Below, one piece after another: positions 13,001 through 26,044 of a stretch of 64,000 nt of DNA. The stretch spans positions 1,240,001 to 1,304,000 of the forward strand of contig CP145412.1 in NCBI GenBank assembly GCA_036867785.1, written 5' to 3'. The DNA comes from Plasmodiophora brassicae (taxonomy: Eukaryota). Below the pieces are notes generated by a model. It saw only the letters and a list, made by a program, of their open reading frames with translations, was not told the origin of the DNA and ran no database searches. The position numbers were made by a program, and so were the translations under genes. Positions within the stretch are counted from its first letter, which is position 1; each line of letters opens with the position of its first letter.

Positions 13001-15452
13001 GAGAACAGCAGTGAGTAAATGGCAATGACCGCACCTCTTCGTGATTGAAGTGAAAATCTCGGAAATCGTGGAAGGCACGAAATCGCAGAAGTTCGGGTCG
13101 TAGCTGCCCCAAGGTTAGTTGGCGTTGTGGCACCTTCTCTACAAACGTACCTGAACGTAATTTCAATACCGTGCGAATTGCGCTGTCGTTCTTCTTCAGA
13201 AAACACGGATGGAGGAAGGGCTCGAATGGCCTCAATCAGCCGATGTTGGTCAACGAATGGGATCATAGCTATGCCTTCCCAGTCGTTTCTGATGGCGAGC
13301 GTCAGCCATTTCTTACACAGCAATTATTCTCTGTACCTTTTCCCGTTCATGTCAACTTCGAATTGTGTTGGGTAAAAATCAATAATCGGCGAGTCCGGTC
13401 GCGTCATCAGGTCAGCGAGAGCTCGAGGGATCAGGGGACCACTAGCAGGAGGAAGCACTCCGAGAAGCTGTTCAAACGGCAGGAACGGCTCCCCAAGACG
13501 AAACGTCGTCTTATATCGGGACAGTCCCTTTAACGATGACGCCAGAGGGGCGTAGAAATATGGATAATACCACTCCCACGAGGGGGTCCCTTGATAATAG
13601 TAGTGAAGCACCCATTGAAGACCTAAATACTGGCCCTTAACAAACACGAAAACTTCGGCCAGATGAGGGTTATACCTTCAACATATGAACGGCAAAGGGC
13701 ATCACGCGCCTCCGGATCATCCATTTCGTGACCCCACTTCTCCTGATAGTACTCGTCAGCCAAGCTTTCCTCCTCAAACTGCAGATTTTGCAGGGCCTAG
13801 CACAATATCAGATAACGTCCCGCGTCTCTGTCAAAACCCGTACGATTTGCAAATCTTCAGGATCCGACTCGTCCTCAACTTCGACTGCAGCGTTCCCGTT
13901 GGCATCTTGCCCGTTCTTCTTCTTGCCCCTTCGCTTGTCGTGCTTTTCCCGATCGTCTTTCTCCATTTCAAGAACTTCGTCTTCGAAGTCGGCCATACGA
14001 TGGATAAGTAGTTCGAGCCGCTCGAAGTCAATGGACCCCGAATCCGTTATGTAACCTAGAGAAGCATTAGGAAACGGCTCATAGATATTGCGTTTCAATC
14101 CATACCAGTTAACTTAGGCAAGAGGGACTTGTAGACCTGAACTAGACGGTCAAGGCACCCGTGATGAATATCCATGGACGGCAAATGAGGAACAAAATCA
14201 TTGCCGACGAAGAACGCAAGGAAGATCCAGTCATCAATGACTCGTTGAAGATCAAAGCCGAATGGAATATCCACCTGCCGAAATTCCTAAAGTCGAGCCG
14301 TAAGGACCACCCACAAATTGTAGCACAAGTGATATTACGTATTCGAGGCACTCTCGCAATATCGAGATGTGCAACAGCTGGAAGTCATCGCCCGATGATG
14401 AGGACGTCGGTCGAGCGTCATTGAATTTCCTATCAAAGGCGTTAAAACCCCAGTTCAGCAGATGACCACACGGATAAGTCCTACTTGATACCGAAGACCA
14501 CTTCCTCGCGAAGCAACGCGAAGTGCGGTTCGTGGGTCGCGAGCGACAAGAATATCAGGTCGGCATCAAGCCCATACAGGAGATGTCGTGTGTTGCCATC
14601 ATATCCATCATTGGACTTCATATTCCGGATATATCGAGCAATTTTGTGTTCAGCTTCACCGGGCACCTATATAGATCGGATCAGGACAACACATTGCTCC
14701 GACAGCTACACGTTCTGCACCTCGTGTCCAGAGAATAGGACAGTGAACTGCTGCCACAGTGGGTCTTCTTCTATCTTCTTGCGTATAAAGAATTGCAGAT
14801 GCTTCGTCAGCTATGTACCTGGCACTTAGAACCTGATGGAGACTGTCTGAAAGTGCTTACGTGAGCCATGAACGTCGTCCCTGGCGTAATGCAGTTGGAA
14901 TCGAAGAGTTCGGCGTCCTCCGAGAGATCGCCATTACGAATAGCGTCTTCGCGAATCTGGCAACAATGACATTAGCCAACTATGGCGTCACCTAACGACA
15001 GGAGCCCTACCTGAGCTCTCTCTTGGGCGGCCCGAAATCGTCGTTGCCGCTGCTGATTCATCTTGGCACGCGGAGCGACGCCGTCCAGACACATGTACAG
15101 AAGACGTTTCGGGCGACCCAAGCGGACGACCTTGTCGATATACTTGAAAACGTTAGCAATCGCGACGCCTGCATGGCAATACGGTTTCAATCGTAATTTG
15201 GTAGTTGACACACGAGCGCATATTACTCTCAGATAGTGGCTTCGACGGATCTGTTCCAGGACCATGCGTCGCAACGTGAATGATCCCGTTCATGTCCAGG
15301 TACATACAATCTGCAGTGGCATCAGTTCACACGGTCCACACCGACGCCAGGAAACGAGACGTACCAAATTCCGGGCGAATCCCATCGTGGATGGCCTGGT
15401 TGATGAGCGGATATCGCTCGCTGAGCCAGCGGTAGAACTTCGGGACACCCAT
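10026..15452 (-). CDS. XRN1: 5'-3' exoribonuclease 1, multi-exon
   Basis: [15 protein letters not shown] start, [73 protein letters not shown]. Long C-terminal extension with Pro/Gln-rich tail as in XRN1. Confidence 0.95.
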
Positions 15453-15990
15453 TCAGCGACGCCGACGACGAGCAGTCTCGGTGTGGAGCAGCGGGCGTGG
15501 AGAGATATGATCAGATATACGGTCGGACCAGTCACAAGGGCCCCACCACCAGGTCCTGCGCTTCCTCGCGTTACCACAACCGGTTGGCAGTCCAGCGTTC
15601 TGCGCGGTCAAATCGCTCGTTCCAACCAACCACGCCAACTTCCCCGTGCGGAGTGACGACTCCAAAGTGCCGGCAGCCCTGACCTGATTCTTCGACAGCG
15701 CCCGTTAAGCGACGTGCTCTGAACAGGAACGACGTGTGGCGTGCTTCGTTTCCGGCACCAATGGTCATTCCATGCTAGGCAGTGCCTACAATCGGTTGGC
15801 TGCCGGGCCGGAGATGTGAGGCGTTCGCAGTCATCAGTTCTCAGTGTCGCTCATGACTCGATAATAAACAGCCCTCTACGCGGGTCTACGCCTGCTGATA
15901 ACTACAGACAAGGGGGGCACGGACGTAAGTGGTTCTCTTGCTATTCTCTTTCTTTGTGTATCCACAGGGGCTGGGCATGCGGGTACTGCT

Positions 15991-16987
15991 TCATGGTTCA
16001 GCCTTGGCCGACTTCGCGGAATTATGCTTGGTGACGGCCTCCTTCAGGCTCTCGGTGAACGAGGCTAGCTGTCGCGGGTGCGAACCGCTGTTACGGATAC
16101 CATTGACAACCTCCCTCGTCTTCTGGATATAGATTCCTTCGATCGAGTTGCGAATACGGAGCTCGATATCTTCGATCATCTTGCCCATATTCGAAACGTG
16201 GGTGTTATCCGCATCCAGGGGAAGCGTCTAGCATGGTGAGGTTAGGACGAGTCGACCAGCAAAACCCTAACAGCAAAGCATACTTTGGCATCTTGCATGG
16301 TCATGTGGCCGGACAGGTCCACATCGCCAACAGCCGCATTCGAGACGTCCATAGCCACAATCACGGTCGTCGTCAGCCGGTACTCGAACTGGCCGTTCTT
16401 CTTGTCGCGAGCCTCGACGACATGAATCGAGTTCCACGTGCCGGTCTTAAGACCCTTGACACTGTCGACGTCCTTCTGGACGAGGAAACATCCCGCGAAG
16501 CTCACTTCATCAATATCCCATAGGTACACTGACGAATGCCCTCCTTCGAAGTACCTATTAACTAGCGATTAGATGAAATGCCGATATCCGTCGTCACAGT
16601 GTGATTACAGGTGCCGGTACTGGTCGAAGACGGCATTGCATTGGATTTCGAGCTCTCTAAGCTTGTCAGATGGCGTAAATCCATCGTCCAGCTCGGGAAA
16701 GTATTTGTTGGACCAGGGTGACCTGCGATGTAGTCAGGCGATTGCATTAACATAATGCCGTCATGTAGGTACCGGTAGGAATCGCCATCGCGATTGTAAT
16801 CGCAAATGACGTAGTTGCGTCCGGCGACCGTATCCTTGGCGATTTTCAGCGGCTGATCAATGCGCTGCAGGAGCTCATCCGTCAGGTCGGGAACGAGATT
16901 GATCAACCCGGACAGGCTCGTTTCCGTCGACGACGGCGGCATGCGCCGCATAAGGTTCAGCGCCGCTTTCAACTGCTCATCTGACAT
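15991..16987 (-). CDS. CAPZB: F-actin capping protein beta subunit, multi-exon
   Basis: [67 protein letters not shown]. Confidence 0.96.
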
Positions 16988-17374
16988 GGGTTAGGCTGCC
17001 TCACCAGTGGTCCAGAGTGTACCCGCGACCGTGCCACCGGTTCCAATGGCCAACCGACCTTCCGTCGAACTCCAAAAATGGTGGGACCGTGACATATTTA
17101 TAGAATTCGCCCAGGCCACGCCAGCCACGTGAAGGGGCTACGAGATGAGCACTGCTGTTTATACTGAGCTTTCGTGGCCTTTGCTCTGGCCTGGCACATC
17201 CTGGGCGGGTGGCGACGTTCGCTCGATGAACAGTAAAGCGACGAAAGCGACTATCAGCATGAACCGGCTGTGGGCAGCGGTCGTTTATTCGGCTGCTTCA
17301 AGTTCCGTTCACGGTACGGTAAGAAACAATGTAGCTTCACAATACGTCGACGCTTCCACGCACTGATGCGAGTG

Positions 17375-18111
17375 TTAGGCCGTTCCCGGCGTCTCCTTTT
17401 GGCCCTTGAGCTGGACTAGCAGGTTTCTCATCCGACCGGTTGCCTGGTCATCCTTCCCTGACTTGGGCTTTAGATCGACCAGCTTGGCCACCTTCTCCCA
17501 CAGAGTGCCGTGCTGCATGACAGAGTCCAGGTCAGTGCGGAAGGACTTCTCCGCGGCCCTACGAAATTGGTCAGCGACTGTACGACTACGCTACAACGCA
17601 CCTGTACCAACCTGTTTTGAGATTTCCTGGTCTCGACCGTCTTGTCCCGGTTCCGCATAAACTCTTCAATCTCAAGCTTTGCATCTTGTACAGCTTTGAC
17701 TTTGGCATCGCGGTATTCCTCAACCTTTGCTGCGAGCTCTACCTTCCGCTTAGCCTGCCAAACACTTCATCGCCGCGAATCAGACGTAGATCAACGGCAA
17801 GCGTTCAGTCTTCACACTAACCTGAGTGGGCTTTCTTCATCAAACGACTGCCTGGCTTCGTTTTCGTCACCAAATGGATGTTCTACAGGCGAATGAAGAC
17901 CCTGATCAGCAGACATGCTGCGGGCGGCAGAGCTGAAGACGTCTGCGCCGGTATCGGGCTCGCCGACGGAGAATGCGCGCACGTTGGCATCATCGTCATC
18001 TGTAGCGAACGGGTCACCAGACACGGCCGGCGGGACATCATCGGCGGCGAACGGATCTCCAGAGACGGCCTGCGCGCCGTCGAATCCGCCAAAGAAGTCG
18101 CCGCTTGCCAT
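17375..18111 (-). CDS. Clathrin light chain, multi-exon
   Basis: Acidic DPF-rich N-terminus, central helical segment, and C-terminal TLWEKVAKLVDL...GRMRNLLVQLK typical of clathrin light chains. Confidence 0.8.
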
Positions 18112-19166
18112 CGTCGACCGACTATCACCGTTGAACGAAATGTGGTCACTCCCTGGAGTCGCAAAAAATCGGCCCAGGCCCTCTCACATTGCCGTTTTTA
18201 TCGTCATTTTCTCGGTTTGATGCCTGATGGATGCCGGCTGGGTTCTTGCCGGTCGTCGTCATTCAAAACGACAGGTTTCAAAATAGTAACGCGCCCACGC
18301 CTGTACGCATGCAATTTCGAGAAGTAGCCGAGTATGCAAATGGTGTCCAGGCGTTTGAGCCCGAGATGGTCAGGCGATTTAACACATTGCGAAAAGTGCC
18401 GTTTCCAGACAGCCACAAACTTTGCCCGTCATCTCGTCAGTTCGTTGTTAGCACACGAACCGCACCTCGTAGCCATCGCGGTCGCCTGGAAACGACATTT
18501 CTTCGCCAGTCAAACAAAACGCCCAAAAACTTTGCTAGTTGAAAAGGTGGGGCTGCTTGAGTCATAACTAGCGAAACGGTTGCCATAAGTGTGGCACTTT
18601 CTTCCATGTCTTATTCATTGTCCCGAACTATCAGTCTACCAGAGATGAACTCTCATAAGGCGTAAGCTCTCTAACTTTACTAAACAAGTGTGATTCCAGA
18701 CAGACCAATGGGGTAACCCGTTGGGCAGTAAGGGCTCCACAAAGCAGCGGAATAAACAAAGACCCACATGGCTTTACGGGCACGTGTGCCATGCAGCACG
18801 GAAACGACTGTGAGAAACCGATTCATGGGACAACCTTGAATTCAAAAGCTGGGACGTGTGTTTGATACGTTTATCCATACTGCCCAAGTCGTGTGAAGCA
18901 AATGAAGCTTGTTCGTTTGCTCGGTGGCAGGTGTTAAAAATGGCGTGCGCAACAAAATCGCTCGTGGTGTCACGCGTGGCACAAGTCAGAACAGTCGTTG
19001 CTCGTCCTTCGGCACCTGTTCTCAAATACAACAACGGGCGTCCGACCTGCACACTAGTACGTCGACACATACTACTGTACCACCGTACCATTGTGCGGCA
19101 CAGTATACCAGATAGTTACCGTGATCCGTGCCCACGCCTTCGGATCAATCTCGGTGACGTAGGGCC

Positions 19167-19216
19167 GGAACATTCCGAGACGTTCTGGCGGAGTTTCCTA
19201 CGGAATTTTCCGGACC
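19167..19216 (+). promoter_or_regulatory. Putative heat-shock elements upstream of HSP90
   Basis: gGAAc-aTTCc-(5 nt)-gTTCt at 19167-19186 and gGAAt-tTTCc-gGAcc at 19202-19216, about 90-140 bp before the HSP90 ATG. Confidence 0.6.
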
Positions 19217-19307
19217 GCGATCTGTGGTGTCAGGTGCGCCCGCGAGGCCGTGGCGGGCTTCACATTGCAAATCGCCGAGTAGTGATCACGTTGTGACACA
19301 CGCACAC

Positions 19308-21555
19308 ATGGCAACCGTTGGTGAAGAGACCGCCGCGATGCCGCAGACGTCCCCGGCCGCCACGAAGCCGGCCGCCTCCGGCGAACAGCCCGCTGAGACG
19401 TTCGCCTTCAATGCCGACATCTCGCAGCTGATGTCCTTGATCATTAACACCTTCTACAGCAACAAGGAGGTAGGGAATCTCGCCGCATCGCCTGACTACG
19501 ATTCTTGATGTTAACGATGTCCCGCTGTAGATCTTCCTCCGTGAGTTGATCTCGAACGCGTCTGATGCTCTCGACAAGATCCGGTATCAGTCGCTGACGG
19601 ATCCCTCTGCTCTTGACACTGAGAAGGAGCTGAAGATCGAGCTCATCCCCGACAAGGCTGCTGGCACCCTGACGATTCGTGACACGGGTATCGGTATGAC
19701 AAAGGAGGATCTGATCAACAACCTGGGAACGATCGCCAAGTCCGGCACGAAGGCCTTCATGGAGGCGATCTCCGCTGGCGCTGACATCTCCATGATTGGT
19801 CAGTTCGGTGTCGGTTTCTACTCTGCCTACCTCGTCGCCGACAAGGTCGTCGTCCGATCGAAGAGCAACGACGACGATGAGTACATCTGGGAGTCGTCCG
19901 CTGGTGGCACGTTCACCGTCACGCCGGCCCCGACGCCTGAGCTCACCCGGGGTACTGCCATCACGCTGTTCATCAAGGACGACCTGAAGGAGTTCCTTGA
20001 GGAGAAGCGCATCACTGACCTCGTCAAGAAGCACAGCGAGTTCATCGGCTTCCCGATCATGCTGTACTCGGAGAAGCACACTGAGAAGGATGTGCCCGTC
20101 GAGGAGGATGAGGACATGGAGGAGCCCTCGGACGAGTCCAAGCCCAAGGTTGAGGAAGTTGACGAGGAGGCTGAGGCCGCTGGCGAGAAGCCGAAGACGA
20201 AGAAGGTCACAGAGGTCACCCACGAGTGGGAGACGCTGAACAAGCAGAAGCCGATCTGGGTGCGAAACCCGAGCGACGTCACGAAGGAGGAGTACGCTGC
20301 GTTCTACAAGTCCGTCTCCAACGACTGGGAGGAGCACCTGGCCGTCAAGCACTTCAGCGTTGAGGGTCAGCTCGAGTTCAAGGGCATTCTGTTCATTCCG
20401 CGCCGGGCGCCGTTCGACATGTTCGAGCCGAAGAAGAAGCGCAACAACATCAAGCTGTACGTTCGCCGCGTCTTCATCATGGACAACTGCGAGGACCTCA
20501 TCCCCGAATGGCTGTCCTTCGTGAAGGGCGTTGTTGACAGCGAGGACCTACCGCTCAACATCTCGCGTGAGATGCTGCAGCAGAACAAGATCCTGCGCGT
20601 CATCCGGAAGAACCTCGTCAAGAAGTGCCTGGAGATGTTCTCTGAGCTCGAGGAGAACAAGGAAGACTACAAGAAGTTCTACGAGAACTTCAGCAAGAAC
20701 ATCAAGCTCGGCATTCACGAGGACAGCACGAACCGTGCCAAGCTGGCCAACCTTCTGCGTTTCTACTCGACCAAGTCTGGCGAGGACATGACGTCGCTCA
20801 AGGACTACGTTGAGCGCATGAAGGAGCACCAGAAGAACATCTACTACATCACTGGTGAGTCCCGGGCCGCGGTCGAGAACTCTCCGTTCCTGGAGGCGCT
20901 CAAGAAGCGCGACTTCGAGGTCCTGTTCCTGGTCGACCCGATCGACGAGTACGCCGTTCAGCAGCTGAAGGAGTTCGAGGGCAAGAAGCTCATCTCGGCG
21001 ACCAAGGAGGGCCTGGACCTGGAACTTACCGACGAGGAGAAGAAGAAGCAGGAAGAGGAGAAGGCCGCATACGAGGGCTTCTGCAAGAAGGTCAAGGAGA
21101 TCCTGGGCGACAAGGTCGAGAAGGTCGTCCTGGGCTCCCGCATCATCGACTCGCCGTGCTGCCTGGTGACCGGCGAGTTCGGCTGGTCGGCGAACATGGA
21201 GCGTATCATGAAGGCGCAAGCCCTGCGGGACGCGACCATGTCAACCTACATGTCGTCGAAGAAGACGATGGAGATCAACGCGCAGCACCCGATCGTCAAG
21301 GAGCTTCGCGCCAAGTTCGACGCGGACCCGAGCGACAAGACGCTGAAGGACCTCGTCTGGCTGATGTTCGAGACCGCCATGCTGACGTCTGGATTCTCGC
21401 TTGAGGAGCCGTCCGTCTTCGCCGGCCGGATCCACAAGCTGATCAAGCTCGGCCTGTCGATCTACGAGGACGAGGACACGACCGCACAGGAGGAGACTGA
21501 GGACGTCCCTGTTCTGGAGTCCGTTGCGGACAGCACGATGGAGGACGTTGACTAA
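19308..21555 (+). CDS. HSP90: Cytosolic heat shock protein 90 (intron 19470-19530)
   Basis: [59 protein letters not shown]-terminal MEDVD, strong codon bias. Confidence 0.99.
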
Positions 21556-21642
21556 GTCTCGTCAATCGTCGTGATAAGCCCCACGATTTAACCGCCCAGA
21601 ATACACTGCCTCATGTTGCATCTATCACCACCCCGTTTATCG

Positions 21643-22605
21643 TCAGTGATGGAAGATGCGTTTGAAGTCGCGATCGTCGGCGTTGCCGTCAGGTTCGACG
21701 CCGGTTCCGGCGACCACGAACGACCTGTGCGTCGTCGTTCGACCCAGCTTGTACCGAAACTTGAGCTTGCGGATCTCCTGGTCGACGCAGTCGTACGAGC
21801 ATTGCTTCAACCGGTGCACGATGGGCTTGATGACCACATCGCGGATCCTGTCGTCAATCTGGGGCAGGCAACATCGGCGTCCTCATTGTCCACCCAGGGG
21901 CACGACGTTTGTACCTTCGAGAACAGGTCCTCTGGGCAACCGAGCGTTCGGAACCGGGTGTACAGCAGCGTCAGGACGTCGCACAGGTTGACGACCGTGA
22001 ACGTGTAGTCGAGCTCGCATGGCTGCGATCGTGAGTCAGGACTGGTGGGTGACAAACACGGGCGGGGCGCGCGCGTTTCATCGCCGTACAATGTTGGTTT
22101 GCACTAGATACTCGTAGACGACCTTCTTCCCGAACTTGACGACGCCCGGTTTGTTCGGAGCCTGTGCGGGTGCCCCGTTGAGCGGTTCGCGGCCCTCCAC
22201 CGGCCTGGGCAGCGACATGGGCAGCGCGTCCCGATGCGATACGAACCGGGCGTCGAACTCCTCCAGCAGGTGAGCGACGGCGCGGGCGAGGTCGGCCCCT
22301 GGTTTGATCTGCAGGAGGCGCGAACAGGACAGGCCGAGCACGAACAGTTCGTCGACGGACAGGTGCTTCGTGGACTTCTGCCTGGCGATCTGGTCAGGGT
22401 CGACGCGGACCATGTCCAGGTACAGGGACGCATCGCCCTCGTGCGCGTTCCTGATCTGGTCAAACGTGTACAGGCGGCGCAGCGCGATCTGGTCCAGCGT
22501 CTGCGACGTGGACGTCTTGATCGCCGCGTGCCGGGTGATGGAACGCGGCATGGCGTTCCTGGGACGCGCCATCGACGTCGTGGCCGTGAGCTCGGCGCTC
22601 GCCAT
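21643..22605 (-). CDS. Uncharacterised protein, multi-exon
   Basis: GC3-rich exons MASAELT...RRLYTFDQIRNAHEG...LFVLGLSCSRLL...YEYLVQTNI|PCELDYTFTVVNLCDVLTLLYTRF...RIFHH*. Confidence 0.7.
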
Positions 22606-22661
22606 GGCCACACGAACGACCTCCTCTGTGACGAATAACGATGGTGTTTTGTATATGCTGA

Positions 22662-24365
22662 TTACGAATGCGTTCGTTTGATGACCTCCTGTACAGGTAG
22701 ACGTTGGAGAGCGGGCAGGATGGCCGGGTGAAGGCCACGACCAGACAGGAACGCGGTCAGGTCGTCGGCGGTGCGGAACGATCCGTGACGGAAGGCGATG
22801 GAGTCGACGTCGAGCGGGTCGAGCAGGCGGGCCGCGTCGGGATGCCGGTGCCAGAGGTCGGTGTTCACCCGGTGCACATCGTACCAGAACGACCACCACA
22901 GGAACCCGTCCGTTGTGCACCGCCTCAACCGGTCCATCGCGGCCGACAACTTCCAGACCAGGCTCGACGGGTTGCCTATGACCAGATCGTGCAATGCGGG
23001 GCACTGCTCACGATGGCGTGCCAGGAAGTCGCACAGGCCGCTCGTCGTGATGTCAGCGTCATGGTACACGTCAACATGGACTATCCACCGACACGGTCAG
23101 GTCGCGATACCACTTCCAGGAGCGCACCCGGCTTACAGTCGGACGGGAGCGCCCGTTCGCGTTCGACAAGGCCACTCAGCGCGTCCCGGCGCAGGGTGGC
23201 GAGGCCGCTCTCGATGGCGACGACACGAACGGGGTCGGCACGGTTGCCGATCTGCTCGACGTCGCACCTGCGAACCTCAACGGTGCGAAGCCGTTCCAAC
23301 AGAACTTCGCCGAGTATCTTTGGGATCGGGAACCGCATGTCGTCGAACGCCACTCGGTGGAGGAGCCCATGCGAGGCGGCGCCAGCGCACTCGCACGACA
23401 CGCCATCTCGTGAAACGCATACGGTCGGCTGGGCGGGCTTTAAGCGCACGCGAACACGGTGCCGGCCGTAGGGCACGACTTGCCCGTTCAGGCTCCTCAG
23501 CTGCGTACGAAGCAGCCTCTGAGCAGCGACGTCGCGACGTTGTGTGTTCAGCGCGATCAGGCGGCGCAGGTCGTCCATGGGCCCATCGGGCCGTACGGTG
23601 AACACGACCCAGTCGTGGCAGTCGTCGAAACGCAGCACAGCTCGAAACGGGAACGGGATCACCTACAGAGGACAACATGGTTCACCGTTGCTGGACGGGG
23701 ACGGCAGGCCAACGCGCGCTGACCTCTAACCGTCCAAACCTGCTCGTCGACGTCGTCGGCCGCCGCTTCGACGCATTCGTGGAACAGACCCGGTCATGGG
23801 TCTGATGGATATTGGATAAGCAGCGGTCAATTCCAGACAGCCGTTTCGCCTGTTGCTGCTGCTGCTGCTGCTGCTGTTGTTGTTGTTCGTGACGATGATG
23901 ATGATGATGATGCCTGAGGAGGACGTCCGGGTCAATGCCGTCAACGTCCCCGTCCCAGAACACGTCGCCGGCATTCAGCTCCAGCATGCATTGTTCCACC
24001 AGCTGGTGGTACTCGTCGCCGAGCACGCGGCGGGTGTCGACCTCCTGACGGAATGCGTCTAGGCCAACGCGCCGCTCGATCGCCCTGTTCTCACAGTGAC
24101 GTTCCCAGAGATTGGCACGCCCCGAGCGCCTCAGTATCGCCTCCGTCGGGTGCCCGAGGTCCGGTTCGATCCAGACCGATGGCTGATACTCGCGGCAGCA
24201 ATGCTGTCGTCCACGTGCACAGGAATTCGCATGCAACAGCGCATCCCACGTCTCCTGCCAGAACTGGGTGAGCAGCGGGCGACGCAGGGCCTCGATCGCG
24301 ATCGGCAGGTCGTCAACGAGCGCCCGTCGCATCACTGGCGACATGTCCAGTGGCGTCGTTGTCAT
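22662..24365 (-). CDS. Uncharacterised protein with poly-His/poly-Gln tract, about 3 exons
   Basis: Three consecutive GC3-rich minus-strand ORFs (23682-24479, 23081-23662, 22662-23069) joinable by short introns; motif GFLWWSFWYDVHRVN. Confidence 0.65.
23851..23912. repeat. Compound trinucleotide microsatellite (TGY)n(TGA)n encoding poly-Q and poly-H on the minus strand
   Basis: tgttgctgctgctgc...tgttgttgt followed by tgatgatgatgatgatg. Confidence 0.9.
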
Positions 24366-24577
24366 GCTCGGAGTGCCTGACGAACGACGAGCCGGGGGGG
24401 CTGAACCCGACCAATTGGCACGCGCCACCGCAAGGGTGAACTGATGCCCAATTCGCACGAGCGCTGACTCGAGAATCATGCGAGTTGACTCCTGCGCGTG
24501 ACTTGCAATGAAGCGTCATTCATTGTACACGCGTGACACGACGTTTAATGCGGGAACCCAACCGTCGTGGCAGGTCC

Positions 24578-25066
24578 CTATCGGAGGGGTGGCGGCGCGC
24601 TCAACGCAATCTGACGAAGGCGTTTCTGTCGAGAGGCGCCCGGCGACGATTTCGCCCAGGATGGCGCCGATGCCGCTGACGAGATCACGGGCGGCGGCAG
24701 CAGGTCAACCTCCTGCCTGGGTGCGTGTTTCAATCGCTGCAGCGGGCGTGATGATCTCGCGCGGATCAGCGGCGCGTTCTGGCGCTCGCGAACTTGATGC
24801 GTCCGTTGCAGGGCCGCCTGGCGCGCCTCCAGGCGGCGTCTTTCGACGGCTTCGTCCACCGGTGGCACGCCCTCACGATCGGAAACGGCGTCGTCGGCAG
24901 CAAGGCGCGCGGCGAACGGGACATCGGAATCCGACCCGTCGTCATCCGACGACACCAGGCTGACAGCAGGCGGCACTGACGATTGCACCGCCGCCGGGAC
25001 TGTCGCCACCGTCGCGTCGCCCGTCTCGTCACCAGACGATGGATACGTCAGATCGAGCACCTCCAT
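24578..25066 (-). CDS. Hypothetical 162-aa low-complexity or coiled-coil protein
   Basis: ATG-initiated ORF with acidic N-terminus and helical EAVERRRLEARQAALQR; no recognisable family. Confidence 0.5.
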   Translation of the reverse strand: MEVLDLTYPSSGDETGDATVATVPAAVQSSVPPAVSLVSSDDDGSDSDVPFAARLAADDAVSDREGVPPVDEAVERRRLEARQAALQRTHQVRERQNAPLIRARSSRPLQRLKHAPRQEVDLLPPPVISSAASAPSWAKSSPGASRQKRLRQIALSAPPPLR

Positions 25067-25583
25067 GGTTGGAACCTGCCGACGTGGAGGCGAGCACAGC
25101 CAGCAGGCGCTGTCCCGCGACGACGCAGCACAGCGTCGTTGTCACGCACCCTTGCCGAATGTCCCCCCGTTTTACTGCCATCTGCAACGGCGTCGATTCC
25201 AGCGACGTTTAACTATACAGTATACCCGCTCGCCTCGGGCTGGGACCCGAACAGTGTCGCATATGACCGCATGGCGCATCTGGTGTGCCCCGTCATGTGA
25301 CCCGACGTTACCCGCCGGTGTCATGTCCCCCATGGTGGGAGATCCTACGAAACGTCCACATGGCGTCCAACGTCGTATGCGACATAATGTCGCATTCCCA
25401 GGACGGTTCCTGTGGTTTGCACTGTAGAAATCGCCGAGTCACGGACCAAGACGGGGATAAGGGGTCGCGTGGCAGAATCAAGGAGGTGGCGGAAGCCCTC
25501 GAGCAGGCGGTTTTCACGGGCACGTTGGAAGCAGATGGTGCCTCGGAATGAAGAAAGCAGATGAAAACGGTGGCCTCCATTGG

Positions 25584-25685
25584 CGGTTGTATTGTCGGTG
25601 AAACAAACAACCGAGCAGCATCTAAGCTAAGCGTCGGTTGTATTGTCGGTGAAACAAACAACCGAGCAGCATCTAAGCTAAGCGT
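25584..25685. repeat. Perfect 51-bp tandem duplication with internal hairpin
   Basis: cggttgtattgtcggtgaaacaaacaaccgagcagcatctaagctaagcgt occurs at 25584-25634 and again at 25635-25685. Confidence 0.95.
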
Positions 25686-25823
25686 TCCAGAGGTAACGAG
25701 CGGTTGAGACGTCGCCGCTCCTCACGAAATCGAACACGAATCGATGAATGTTCACACTCATCGATTCGATCAGTGATCGTGTTCTTGGTTCCGCACGACG
25801 GACAAAAGGTTGGAAAACAGCAG

Positions 25824-25896
25824 CTTCGGTACTGGGACTTGAACCCAGGTCTCCCGGGTGAGAGCCGGGTACACTGACCACCTATGCGATACCGAA
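25824..25896 (-). tRNA. tRNA-Glu (anticodon CTC)
   Basis: Acceptor stem TTCGGTA/TACCGAA, anticodon arm CCCGG-CTCTCAC-CCGGG, T arm CTGGG-TTCAAGT-CCCAG, downstream TTTT runs. Confidence 0.93.
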
Positions 25897-26044
25897 CATT
25901 TCGCTGCACCGACTGCCGTGTTACACCATCACAAACCATATGCTGAAAGGAAAATGTTCACGCGGAAGTCCCGTGCTCTTGGGGCGCACGACTAACGTAC
26001 GTGGAAATTGCAAATACATGACCCGAACAGATGCAGTTAATATA

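Noticed and set aside
19444-21219. Antisense ORFs of 302 and 223 aa over HSP90
   Set aside because: Expected by-product of strong codon bias in a highly expressed gene.
21538-21555. HSP90 ends in MEDVD instead of MEEVD
   Set aside because: Conservative variant that is unlikely to signal new biology.
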